A stretch of DNA of 64,000 bases from contig NC_058136.1 in assembly GCF_016433145.1 (NCBI RefSeq), forward strand, positions 73,188,345 to 73,252,344, written 5' to 3'. The number at the start of each line of letters is the position of its first letter. Within the stretch, counting starts at the first letter, position 1. Position numbers and translations under genes: made by a program. This stretch comes from Gracilinanus agilis. Lineage: Eukaryota. Under the pieces are notes generated by a model, which ran no database searches, was not told where the DNA came from, and was given only the letters and a program-made list of their open reading frames with translations. Positions 24,598 to 35,830 of the stretch are shown piece by piece.

Positions 24598-27507
24598 CTG
24601 AAAGCACGAAACACGGGACGAGAGCTACGTTCGGTCGGTCAGAGAAGACCGCGCTGCGAAGCGAGCACGCCCAATTCTGGGCCGGTTTATGACGAGAGCA
24701 TAGGCGGCGTGGCTAATACCCTGGCGTCTACTTCAGAGCAAACTGTTGGGCGGCCCAATAGCTTTCGAACCACGTGGCGGCCCTTAGCTCTGGAGGCCTT
24801 CGGGCCCACTTCAGGAAGTGGCGCCCCACGTGTTTTCGCTTTTCTTGTGGAGTGGCCACGCTTTTGCGATTGTGCCGCCAAGCCCTACTGGCATGGAGTG
24901 AGGCGGGAAACGAGGGGGCGCGGCACAGTTAAGTCTTCAGTTCCAAGACCCTGCCTCACATGGAATTTATTAACGGCCGGCTGGAAGGGCCTCCAACGAT
25001 AGCGAATCGCTAGCGATGTCACGGATACCTTTGGCTTCCCAAGCCCCTGGAGCGCGTTCTGAAAGCGCACTTCCAAACGTCCTGGCTCCAGAGCTCGGCC
25101 AACCCTTTCGCGTTTGACTTTTCAAACTCACGCGCTCTAAACAAAGCGTGCGACGCTGCACACTGGTACGCCCTTTCCTGCCGAGGTACACCTTCTCCCT
25201 TGACAAAAATCTTCCCAGCCTGTTGGGGCTCGAGAGAGAGAGCAGTTGGCTTACCAACACACCCTTTGGCGAGAGCCAGTACTGAGCAAAGGGAGACAGA
25301 GAGCAGCAACCAGGAAGGGAAGAACTGATCGGGCCCACCCCCACCCCGGCTCTCTCCATCCCCGAATGGCAGGGGGCCAGGGATGTGAGCTGCTGCCAGC
25401 CAGTCCTGTGCATTTCAGCCGAGGACTACGCGTGCCATCTGACATGCATCTGTGATGTATTCGCAGGACCCCCGACGAGCTGCTCAAGTAGAAATAGGCA
25501 CGTGCCCCGTCCTTCCCGGTACGAGCCAGACTGCTGGGGGGGGGGGGGGAATGTAGTCTCCTCATCAGGAGCCGGAGGGACTTTTGCCACTTTTGCCAGT
25601 GAACACAGAGAGGAATACCTCAAGGTGGAGGGGCTTGTACACGAGGCGGGGCTTGCGGTAAGGAAATCGTCAAGAATTCACTTAGAACTGAGCTGCCAGC
25701 CGAGTGGTTCCACATGGAGGTCTGAGGGAAGCCTCTTAGCCAAAGCGGGCAAGGCAGAGGAGACGAGCCGGCCTTCCCGACGCTCGGAGTCAAAGGGATG
25801 GCGAGGGCGGCTGCATTAGGTGGGCGTAGAGCAAAGGGACTTCCCTCCTTCCGAGTCCGGATTCCTAAATGACTCTCAAAGAAGTCAGACACTTCTTTTT
25901 GAGAAACAGAGTCCGACTTCCCAGAGAAGTCACTGGACTAAAGGGAACGCCTTTGCCTGGAGCCCTCCAGAAATGAAGGCCAGGTAAAGAGAATTTCAAA
26001 ACCAACTTGGGTCCTGGATGCCAAATACAAGCGGAGGCCCTGAACGAGGGAAGCCGAACCAGAGGCACCGACACCCACGAAAACTCAGCTAGAGGGTGTC
26101 ACCGTAAACACAGCACGGCAGAGGGAGGGCTCTCTATGACAGACGGACACACTAGGAAAAGGTGATTAGAATCCCAGACTCTACTAGCAAGCCTAGTCAA
26201 GTCACTTCACTCCTCTTCTTGCCTTGACTTTCCTTACCTCCAGAAGAATGGGGATGATAGGACGGACTATGGCCAGAGGCCACTCTGGTAACAGAGATGG
26301 CGCGTCTAATTGCTCCCAGATTATTGCCCTCCAGTTGCCAAGCCAAGAGCTTTTCGTGGCCACATCCTCATCAAACCCAATTCAAGAGCCTCTGTGCTGG
26401 GACTCATCATCCCGTGCTTGGCTTATACCTTCCCCTTTCTGCCCAGCACCCAAGTCACACGATTAACAAGGCAAATTCAACAGGACTGTCAGCCCAGCGT
26501 CAGGAAGTCCGGAATTCAAGTAATGTCTCTGTCTCGTGCTGCCCATGTGACCCTGGACTAGTCCCTTTCCTTCCCTGAGACCTGAAGGTACAAGCAGATT
26601 CCCAGAGGTCAGGAAGCAAAGGGAGCAAATTCAGGCCCAGCCTCTTGCTGTGGTTTGATTTGTTTCTAACGGCTGATAAGCTAAGCAGGTTTTTGAAGAA
26701 TGGCTTGCTTTCCCAACGTAGAAACTGGCTACAGAAGAGTCCGCAGCGGGCCAGCATGTGTGGCCCCCCTACGAAGCCCTACAGGCCCGTTTCAAAAACC
26801 AGAAAGAAAGCGAGCTGTCAGTCGTTCTCGAGCGGAGAAGAGGAAAATGAAGGCCCACAAAATGGCTCTTTCTGGAGATCTCTGCTCCGCGGTGACGGGC
26901 CTCCATTTCTGCGAGGACATGTCGTACGGCAGCTCGCCGCTAAGTCCCAAGTTGGCTTCTCAGTCAGGAAAGCGGCGGCGGGGAAGGAGGGAGCGGGAAG
27001 CAAGGGGCGGTCCGTCCTACCGGCCAGCAGCCAAGTGCCTAAGAGCACGAGCTCCTTCCCGTTCTTCATCTGCTTTTCCAAACACTTGGGCACGTGCCGG
27101 GCAAAAGCCAGAACCGGCCTGTTACAAACATCTTTCTATGATTCTGAAGCCTCCTCAGCAGAGTTCGGAACACTTGGCACAGGCAGAGAGCAGCGGAGCC
27201 CAGCCATTCGGGTTTTCCTCTCTACTTGGGTCTCCCGCGAGCTGTCAAAGCATCCTGTGGCCAAGTTAAAGAGGGCTTGCAGTGGAAACAGAACCATGAA
27301 ATCTGCTCCCTTGGGCAGGCGGCCTAATGACGCCCCCTGCTAAAATCTCATCCCAGAGAATGGTAGCATGGAGTTACAAAGGGAACCAATTCTACTGAGA
27401 TACACTTTAGCGTGAAAGCAAGTTTATGGACCCCAGGCCAAGGACGCCTGAGGCAGGGGGAGGGAATTGTCAGGGAGCTGCGTAGACCTTGGCCCCTGCA
27501 GAAAATA

Positions 27508-27708
27508 GGGGAACAGCTAGGAGGCTCAGAGAATAAAGTGCCAGGCCTAGAGACAGGAGGTCCTGGGTTCAAATATGGCTTCAGACACCTCCTAGGTGTG
27601 TGACTCTGGGCAAGTCACTTAACCCCACTGCCTGGCTCTTTCTGTTTTCTCCCTTGGAACCCGATACACAGCACTGATCCTAAGATGGAAGGGAAGGGTT
27701 AAAAAAAC
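27508..27708 (+). mobile_element. SINE1_Mdo-like SINE
   Basis: Same head, core (ctgggcaagtcacttaacccc) and tail (ggaagggttaaaaaaa) as the other copies. Confidence 0.85.
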
Positions 27709-28460
27709 GGGGTGAGGGAGAGCCCCTGTGCCTCGATTTGCCCATCTTCGTATGCCCTTAGACAGATTACCTAAATAGCTTTCTGAACTTCAGTTTCCCC
27801 ATCTGTCAAATGAGGATGTAATGCTGGAATGCTCCCCCGGAGAGTGATGCTGAGGAACAAGGCTGTGGCACAGTTCTGATACTCTCCATGAGGCCAAATG
27901 GTATTTACAGAAGAGAATTTTCCAGCTGGCATTTCTTCCCTGGTGCCTTGGGGAGGGAAGCAGGCTGATTTCGGAAGCATTTGATACTGTAGCCCGGGGG
28001 TTCCCCAATGTTTTTGGCCTGCCGCCCCCTTTCTAGAAAAAATATTCCTCAGCCCCTCTGGAAATGGATTTTTTTTTCAATTTTAATAGCAATGAATAGG
28101 AAAGATCAATGCACCTGTGGCCATCCCCGCCTCGCTGGATCTCTGCAGCACCCACCAGGGGGCGGTGGTGCCCACTTTGGGAATCACGGCGTATAGGCCC
28201 TCTCCTTTCCCCCAAACATTTCTTCTTCTCTTGCTCTCTTCCTTCCTATTAACTCTAACCCTAAATTCTCACTCATCAGTCTTTGTTTCACCATCAGGAA
28301 TGTCTCAGCCAACCACCCTGGATATCCCCCCTCCCCCCAAGGTTCTCTCCTGGGCCTTCTCCATCCTCTCTCCACATGTTTTCTCCTGGCGATTTCAGCA
28401 GCCCTCCTGGATCTACTTGTCTCTGACAGGTGGCTCTCATATCTAAAGAATCAACTTTAG

Positions 28461-28644
28461 GGGCAGCTGGGTAGCTCAGGGGATGGAGAGCCAGGCCTAG
28501 AGACCTGGAAGGTCCTGGGTTCAAAGCTGGCCTCGGACACTTCCCAGCTGGGTGACCCTGGGCAAGTCACTTGACCCCCATGGCCCACCCTAACCGCTCT
28601 TCTACCTTGGAGCCAATACACAGAAGTGAAGGGTTTGAAAAAAA
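28461..28644 (+). mobile_element. Opossum-type tRNA-derived SINE (SINE1_Mdo-like)
   Basis: gggcagctgggtagctcag...gggttcaaa...gggcaagtcacttgacccc...poly-A, flanked by a near-perfect 16-bp TSD (aaagaatcaactttag / aaagaattgactttag). Confidence 0.9.
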
Positions 28645-30440
28645 AAAGAATTGACTTTAGTCTCTCTCTTGAACTCTCTAGTCCTGCACTGTCAACTGCC
28701 TAGAAGCTATCTCCACCTCCACCTGAGCGTCCTTCAGCTGGCTCATACTAATTCAAGTACCTCCCCAACTCTCCCCTCCTCTTTATGTGGCACGCGGGCA
28801 GGCTCAAGGCTCTATGGACACCCTCAACTAATCATCCTCCTTCGGGCCTCCTTCCCGATGGGTTTCGACCTTTTGTGAGCTTCCTTCATCTGTCCCCGCC
28901 ACCCTGGTTCAAGGCACCATCAGCAAGGATCTGGAGTTGGGTTCTCCCTGCATCCAGGCCATCCCCAAGCAACGCTCCCATCTTCGGAACACGTTTGTGT
29001 GCGGCCAGGTTACTCCTCTGCTCACCAGATGCCGGTGGCTCCCGACTGCTTCGAGGGGCGAACCCAAACTCCTCGGCTGGGCTTTTGAAAACCTTTTTAC
29101 CTCCACCCAGGCGTATGGCACTCCCCTCCTTAACGCCCTGGACATCCCCACCCTCTATCTGCCTTCTCCCAGGCTAGAGCCTATGTCTGAAGGACTCTCT
29201 GGCTACCTTCCTTCAAAGCAAAGCTGGAAGGCCCCCTCCTAAGAGGGGCTGGTCTTGGCCTGGGGAGGGGGAGGGGGAAAGGGATGACATATTTAAGCAG
29301 CAACCTATGTGCCAGGTGCTTTACAATTATTATCTCACAACCATTCTGGGAGGGAGGTGCTGTTACGATCCCCATTTTACCGTTGAGGAAAACGAGGCAG
29401 ACAGAGGTGAAGTGACTTGGCCAGGGTCACACAGTTAGTACGTGTCTAAAGCAAGATTTTGACTCCAAACCTAATGCCTTCCCTCCCTCCTTCCAGTCCT
29501 GGGCAAGCAGTTAAGGCTCACTGCACTCTCCCAGCCCTGGGCTGAGGGTCAAGTGAGATCAGCGCCAAGAGCTTCGGCATTCGTGAGGTGCCGGAGGGAT
29601 GGGAGTTCGGGGTCTTGCGGGGTCTGCGGCTTCTGGGGTTCAAAGGCGGGGAGGTAGTCCGTTCCCTCCCTCCGACCCAGCTTCTCCCCCTCGCAGGCCT
29701 AGAACACCAGGCTCAGGAAGCCGGGCGGCGGGCCACAAACGGCAGCATATCCTGGGTGCTCCGAGGTGGGTGAGCCTTAAGCCGCGGTGAAACTGCCCTC
29801 CGACCTCATTTATGGGTCCTGGATTCTCCGCCCAAAAAAAGGGAAGCAGCCCTCCGGCCTTCCACACGGCCAGGGAGCGGCGGGCGCCTCTTTCTCCCCC
29901 TCTCTGGCTGCCAGGCCAGCCCCCGCTTTGATTCCATGGAGGAGGAGGAGGAGGAGGAGGAGGAGGAGCGGGCTGAGAAGGGCTTCGGGAAGCCCCCTGG
30001 GAGTACCGCCCTTCCCCATGCCATTCTGCGCCTCGGAAATGCTTGCTGACTAGGTGGCTGGAGAGGCCTCGAACGACCCGAAAGCCCGGACCTACTTCCC
30101 AAGAACGGGGGCCGAGGGTTAGTGCGCGTGGTGCCCCCGCCGACGCTGGCAGCGCNNNNNNNNNNNNNNNNNNNNNNNNNNNNNNNNNNNNNNNNNNNNN
30201 NNNNNNNNNNNNNNNNNNNNNNNNNNNNNNNNNCGGCCTCGGCCCCTGGATGCAGGCCTTCTAGCAGCATTTCCGGCCACTTGGAAAGTCCAGAAAGAGG
30301 AGGCCCGAGCGGGGCAAAGGCTCTGACCTCGCTGGGTCTCACCCCGGGGCCTTCCATGACTCGCTGCCAACAGGCAGCCCCAGCCCGGCCCAGTTCAGCT
30401 CGAAGTCTCGGGTCGTGCGAGCCGAGAGGAGCGGGCTGGG

Positions 30441-30482
30441 GCCGCTGCCGCTGCCGCTGCCGCTGCCGCTGCCGCTGCCGCT
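30441..30482. repeat. (GCCGCT)7 hexamer repeat
   Basis: Read directly. Confidence 0.97.
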
Positions 30483-30642
30483 GCCCCCTCCTTCACCCAG
30501 CGCCGAGGCTGGGGGGCACAAGTGCCATTTCTTCCTCTGGGTAGGAGGCTCCACTGGAAACAATGAGGGACCCGAGGAAGGACCCCTAGGGGCGGCCCTG
30601 GGCAATGGGGACGTGGCCCGGGATCCCCCCCCCCCCCATCTC

Positions 30643-31142
30643 NNNNNNNNNNNNNNNNNNNNNNNNNNNNNNNNNNNNNNNNNNNNNNNNNNNNNNNNNN
30701 NNNNNNNNNNNNNNNNNNNNNNNNNNNNNNNNNNNNNNNNNNNNNNNNNNNNNNNNNNNNNNNNNNNNNNNNNNNNNNNNNNNNNNNNNNNNNNNNNNNN
30801 NNNNNNNNNNNNNNNNNNNNNNNNNNNNNNNNNNNNNNNNNNNNNNNNNNNNNNNNNNNNNNNNNNNNNNNNNNNNNNNNNNNNNNNNNNNNNNNNNNNN
30901 NNNNNNNNNNNNNNNNNNNNNNNNNNNNNNNNNNNNNNNNNNNNNNNNNNNNNNNNNNNNNNNNNNNNNNNNNNNNNNNNNNNNNNNNNNNNNNNNNNNN
31001 NNNNNNNNNNNNNNNNNNNNNNNNNNNNNNNNNNNNNNNNNNNNNNNNNNNNNNNNNNNNNNNNNNNNNNNNNNNNNNNNNNNNNNNNNNNNNNNNNNNN
31101 NNNNNNNNNNNNNNNNNNNNNNNNNNNNNNNNNNNNNNNNNN
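30643..31142. other. Assembly gap (500 N)
   Basis: N run inside a CpG island. Confidence 0.99.
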
Positions 31143-31977
31143 TCCTAAAACGGGGCGTCCTCTGAAGGGCAAGAACGCGGCGCGACCACTGCCACGGGGC
31201 TTGCTCGAACCCCGGATCTCGGGAGCCGGTGCCCTCCCCAAGAAAGAACTGAGCCGGGACAAAGAGCCAACCTTTGCCAGTGGGGCCGAGTATGGCCCAG
31301 AAACCATTGTGTGCCCACCCGGGAACTGCAGGCCCGGCCCCCCCGGATCGCAATGTTCTGCCAGTCCAAATGGGCGCATTCACTACGGGGTCCTGCTGGA
31401 AGGTTCCCATGTCCATCCCCCGCCTTGGCAGCTGCCTGGGAGGAGGAGGGGGAGGAGAAGCCAGAGGGAGGGAGAGATACCGGGCGGACCTTGGGAGTCT
31501 GTTCCCTCTCGGGGCATCGGGCACAGCCCGTACCCAGCAACAGCCCCCCTTGGCGCATGCTGGCATCGCTGCGGGCCCTGAGCAGCCGCGTGAGTTACCG
31601 TCGCCTTTGAGACGTCCTGCTGGGCTGAGGGCAACGTGGCCGCCGTATCTGGAGATTCTCCTCCCGCAGAACCCACACGAAGGGGGCCGAAGCCGGAGAA
31701 AGGGCCCCCGTCCCCAGGGCAAGAGCAGGGCCGCCAAACCACCTTTGGGACCCCACGAGGCGCTCGCGTGTCCACAGGTGCCAAGGCCCACCCGGCGACC
31801 GGCTTTGAGGAAACCGTGGCCAGTGGCCGACTCCACGGCACCTGCTTCAGCCACCTCGGTGGCCACCGGAACAAACCGTTCCCTTCCGCCTGTTCTGCCA
31901 GGGAAGCCTTTGAGCCCGTTGGTCGGCCTCGGCCTGGCGTAGCCCATCTGCCGGGACGGTTTGCCAGAGTTCCATCG

Positions 31978-31978
<1 letters not shown>

Positions 31979-32010
<32 letters not shown>
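31979..32010. repeat. (TG)16 microsatellite
   Basis: Read directly. Confidence 0.97.
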
Positions 32011-32012
<2 letters not shown>

Positions 32013-32799
32013 CCCCGGGTGCAAGGCGGATGAGCAGCCCTGCAAAGGGCTTGACAAGCCCTCCCACCAGAGTCCCAGGAGCCGAGTTCAGATCCCGGCT
32101 CACTCACTCATTGTCCTCCTAGGACCCGGGGCGAACCGGCTAATCTCTCCTGGCCTCAGTTTCCCCCTCTATAAAATAAGAGGCCTCCCAGGGTCCTTTG
32201 GGTCTTCCCTTGGTTTGCCTTAGCTGCCACCCCGCCCCCTCCCACCAGTCATGACAAATGGTCCTCGAGAGCCGATCTGGGATGGCAGCTTTGCCAGCCG
32301 ATGCCAGTGACGAAGGGCACCGGACCAAGACACTGAACCCTTCGGGCTGGGGGGCACCTCAGATGCCTTCGACATGCGTGCGGGAGAGTCAGCCCGCAGT
32401 GAGGGCACTGCTCCGCGGCCCCGCGCGGCCTAGCGTCTGTGCCGGTAGGCAGGCGTGTCCCACTCCACGTGACCCTATTGGCCACTTGGCAGAGACCTTA
32501 GAGTGGCTCGCCGTTTCCTTCAGCTCATTTTACAGCTGAGGAAACTGAGGCCAACACGGCCAAAGGACCTGTCCAGGGTCACGCGGCTAGTGGACAGCTC
32601 TAAACTCTGGGAGATGGGTCTTCCTGACTCCAGCCAGAGCACGTTCTCAGCTGTGCCATGTAGCTGCCCTGATGTCTAGGTGCATCTATCAAGCTGGCAG
32701 GGGCCTTGAAAGCCATCTAATCCAGCCTCTCATTTTACAGAGGAGGAAACTGAGGCCTGAGGGTACCCGGGCAGGAAGTGACGGACGCCCAGGGTTCTT

Positions 32800-33700
32800 C
32801 CTCCCGTCTTTTGCGGCCCTCATTCTCTCGTGGGCCACAGGCCACACTTGGTTAAAAGCAAAGGCGCTCACTAAAACGGGGGAAGGGAAGTGGCAATAGA
32901 ATCTCGGGCATGCTCTGGGTGGGGGAGAGAGGGCACGCCTGGAGAGCCTCGGGGTGGCAGGTGCCTTTCGGCCCGGATCGTCTCCCCTGGGCAGGTGCCC
33001 GGGTTCCCTCCCTGTCTGGCCGGTTTCCCCTGCAAAGGGCAGGGGCTCCAAGAGCCAGTGATCAAAGGCAGGGCAGGGTGCCCGCCGCCCCCCTTCCCCG
33101 AAGCCAGCCCTTTGGTCCTTTTCTTTCGCCCCTCTGATGGGGCCAGTTAGCGCTCTCGCGGGTGCACTGAGCCGACCCGACGGGGAAGAGGACGACCCCC
33201 GGCCGTTGCTCCCTCCGGCGTTCTCGGCGGCGTCGCGCTGGGTCAGCTCCTCCCCTTTGGCTCTGGAAGAACTCGGGGCCCGCACGCACCCGCGCACACT
33301 CACACTCACCAGACAGAAGCCGAGAGCCCTGTTTAGCCAGCCCGTGTGGCCTGAGAGGGCAGGGGTCAAAGAGGGGCCCCTCCATCCGGCCCCGGCCTGT
33401 GACCCCGAAAGACGGGGCGCTTGGGAAAGGGCGCCCCGGGGAGCTTGTAGGGATGCCCTCCTGCCTCCTGCCTTGCCGAGAGCCTCTCCCGAGGGAGGTG
33501 GAGCAGGCCAGGGCAGGGCCTCGGAGTCGGCTCCTTGGCCCTCGCTGGCCCCTCCAGGCCCTCTCAGCTCAGCTGGAAATCCCACGGCCCGTGGCTGGCA
33601 CCTGCGGCCCACTAAAGAGGGAGAACCCGAACCCGAACCCTAAATCCATGCGTGGCCAGAGCAGTGAGCCACGTGGCGCTGGGAACAACAGGCAGCTACT
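32800..33700. promoter_or_regulatory. CpG-rich region around the candidate NT5DC2-like first exon
   Basis: High CpG density; strong minus-strand donor at 33304-33309. Confidence 0.5.
33310..33385 (-). CDS. Candidate first coding exon of the NT5DC2-like gene
   Basis: MEGPLFDPCPLRPHGLAKQGSRLLS plus 1 nt, then a consensus GTGAGT donor. Phase 1 is exactly what exon 2 (starts AT) needs, giving ...GSRLLS-D-LLPP. It sits in a CpG-rich promoter-like region. The splice is inferred only. Confidence 0.4.
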
Positions 33701-34109
33701 AGAGAGGAGCTACCGACGGGATGGGCTCCGCGTTGGGCCGTCCGTGCGATTTCAGGAAGCTCAGAGGCACCGAGTGCAACTCTCTCCCTGATTTTACAGG
33801 GGGGCGACTGGGCCGCGGGGAGGGGACGTAACTCGCCCAAAGTCACACAGGTATGAGCATAGGAGGCAGGATTCGAATCCAAAGCACAGGGATCTAGCTG
33901 CTCTGAGGTCAGGAGGCGAAGGGGGCCAGGGTCACGGACCCGAGAGCTCAGGGAGCGGCGCCAGCACTGCAAAGAGGGCCAGGCGAGGAACGGGCCTAGA
34001 TGAGGCTGGGAGGGGAAAGGCGACACACTGGCATCCGGGACCACGTAACAGCGCCGTGAAGCTATCTGGGGGCACGGCAGCGAACGGAGCTGAAGAGAGC
34101 GGGCTGAGG

Positions 34110-34270
34110 GGGCAGCCAGGAGGCTCAGAGGATGGAGAACCAGGCCTGGGATCCAATGTGGCCCCAGACGCTTCCTGGCTGGGTGACCCTGGCCAAGTCA
34201 CTTCATCCCCATTGCTTAGCTTAGCCCTCATCACTCCTCTGCCTGGGAACCGACGCACAGGAACAATTCA
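34110..34270 (+). mobile_element. SINE1_Mdo-like SINE (left arm of an inverted pair)
   Basis: gggcagccaggaggctcagagg...ccctggccaagtcacttcatccccattgcttagc. Confidence 0.8.
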
Positions 34271-34289
34271 AAGGGGGGGGGGGGAGAGT

Positions 34290-34392
34290 AGGGAGAGGGA
34301 GAGACAGAGACAGAGACAGAGAGACAGAGACAAAGAGATGGAGAGACAGAGAGACCCAGAGACAGACAGACAGAGAGACAGAGAGAGACAGA
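34290..34392. repeat. (GAGACA)n purine-rich low-complexity tract
   Basis: Read directly; a similar tract lies at about 49500-49640. Confidence 0.9.
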
Positions 34393-34499
34393 GATGTCCG
34401 AGTTCTTCTTCCTGTCCTCTGGGAGAAGCTTCATTCAGGAAAGGAACATCCACCCCTAGAGTAGGGGCCCGACTTCATTTACCTTCGGACCCGCTTTCT

Positions 34500-34685
34500 T
34501 GTTACCTTCTGTCTTAGACTTGAGACTGTGTGTGGGTTCCAGGGCAGAAGAGCCGGGAGGGCTAAGCAATGGGGGTGAAGTGACTTGGCCAGGGCCACCC
34601 AGCCAGGACGAGTCTGAGGGCACATGTGCTCCCGGGACCCCCATCTCTAGGCCTGCCGGGCTCTCGGGCCGCTGGGCCACCCCGC
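34500..34685 (-). mobile_element. SINE1_Mdo-like SINE (right arm of an inverted pair)
   Basis: gctaagcaatgggggtgaagtgacttggccagggccacccagccagga is the reverse complement of the left-arm core. Confidence 0.8.
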
Positions 34686-35369
34686 CGCCTCCTTTCCTGG
34701 TGAAGCTCTCGGGGAGTCTCGTGCTGGCAGCTTGGCCTGAGGCAGCGGGGCCGGCCCTGGCCCTGTTCCCATAAGCCCCCCCATTGCCTCCTTCCGCTCC
34801 CCGCGGCGCTGAATGCCACTCTCCGCCTCTGCCCCGTGGGCCCTCGTGGGATAAGGCCTTGCTTGGCCAGCTCGAGGCGAGAAGGAATGGCCGTGTACGA
34901 GGATTTGCTCCCAGGTGGGGCAGGCCCAGGACTCTCCGAGGTCCCGTATTCGATCCACGCCTCGGCGAGAATCCCCTGGACGTGGCCCCTGCCAAGTACT
35001 CTGCGCTTAGACAGACGGAGCAACGACGAGGGAAGAGAACGATGGCGTTGGGATGCCAGAAGAAGCTTCACACTCCGGCCACAGAATGGCTCGAGGGATC
35101 TGGGCCCGAGAGTCGGAAGGGGCTCTCACTGAGCAGAGGAGGAAATGGGCTCAAGCTTACACAGTTAAGCCTCAGAGCCAGAAATCGAACCCAGGCCTCT
35201 GACTGTCCTCACTGTGCCACACTGCCCCATAAACTTGAGGAGCCTCAGTTTCCCCGTTCATCAAATGGGGCCTTCTCACGGTTAGTGTAAGGAGCTAGCG
35301 AGGGAGGTCCCGTTTGGAAAGTACTTTGCGCACTGCTGTGACCTTTCAAGGCACTTTGGGAGGGACGCA

Positions 35370-35555
35370 TTTTTTTTTTTAACCCTTAGCTTCTGCGTAT
35401 TGGCTCCTCGGTGGAAGAGTGGTGAGGGTGGGCGATGCGGGTCAAGTGACTTGCCCAGGGTCACCCAGCAGGGAAGTGTCTGAGGCCAGATTTGAACCCC
35501 AGACCTCCCGTCTCTAGGCCCGACTCTCCATCCACTGAGCTACCCAGCTGCCCTC
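35370..35555 (-). mobile_element. SINE1_Mdo-like SINE
   Basis: Reverse complement of the SINE consensus, with a poly-T at 35369-35379. Confidence 0.85.
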
Positions 35556-35689
35556 AGGGAAGACTTTCTTCACTCCAAAGAGAAAGCTGCTGCCATCCCG
35601 CTTGCCCTGATGTCCCTCCAAAGCCGGGCAGCGGTCTCGCCCTTCCTCCACCCTCAAATCGAACATCCTCGGAGCACAAGCTCAAGTCC

Positions 35690-35830
35690 CTCCGCCATCT
35701 TGGCTGCCTTCCTCTGGACACTCTCCAGTCTCCCAGAGCTGCTCATCCGAGCGGGGCAGACGCCGACGACGAGCGAGAACCCGACTGAATGTCAGCAGAC
35801 GGGGATGCTGGGAAGATGCAGAGGACAGAC
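35690..35830 (-). mobile_element. Probable CR1/L3 RT fossil
   Basis: ttggctgccttcctctggacactctccag...agaacccgactgaa resembles the conserved L3/CR1 RT segment (recall only). Confidence 0.4.

Larger units (their letters stand above)
29600..31900. promoter_or_regulatory. CpG island containing two gaps; possible alternative promoter of the NT5DC2-like gene
   Basis: CpG-dense, with an ETS-like ccggaa (minus, about 30271-30277) and (GGA)n and (GCCGCT)7 repeats. Confidence 0.5.

Noticed and set aside
23495-24601. 368-aa plus-strand ORF
   Set aside because: Antisense shadow of NT5DC2-like exons 2-3 plus intron and SINE sequence; no independent homology or codon bias.
25255-25309. Hydrophobic LLLSVSLCSVLALAKGCV with a phase-1 GTAAGC donor as NT5DC exon 1
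   Set aside because: No in-frame ATG found upstream; weaker than the 33310-33385 candidate.
26645-27343. Overlapping 232-aa and 189-aa plus ORFs
   Set aside because: No recognisable motif or codon periodicity; I could not support a transposase or gene call.
30586-32103. 505-aa minus ORF and other long ORFs spanning N runs (14489-15635, 30339-31581, 50359-51351)
   Set aside because: Their length comes from translating Ns as X; the real parts are low-complexity GC-rich sequence.
34880-35000. Minus-strand segment (AEAWIEYGT...PAPPG) after a CAG as possible F8 exon 2
   Set aside because: Lacks YKK, FVE-x-TD and PWMG, and has no donor at the expected position.
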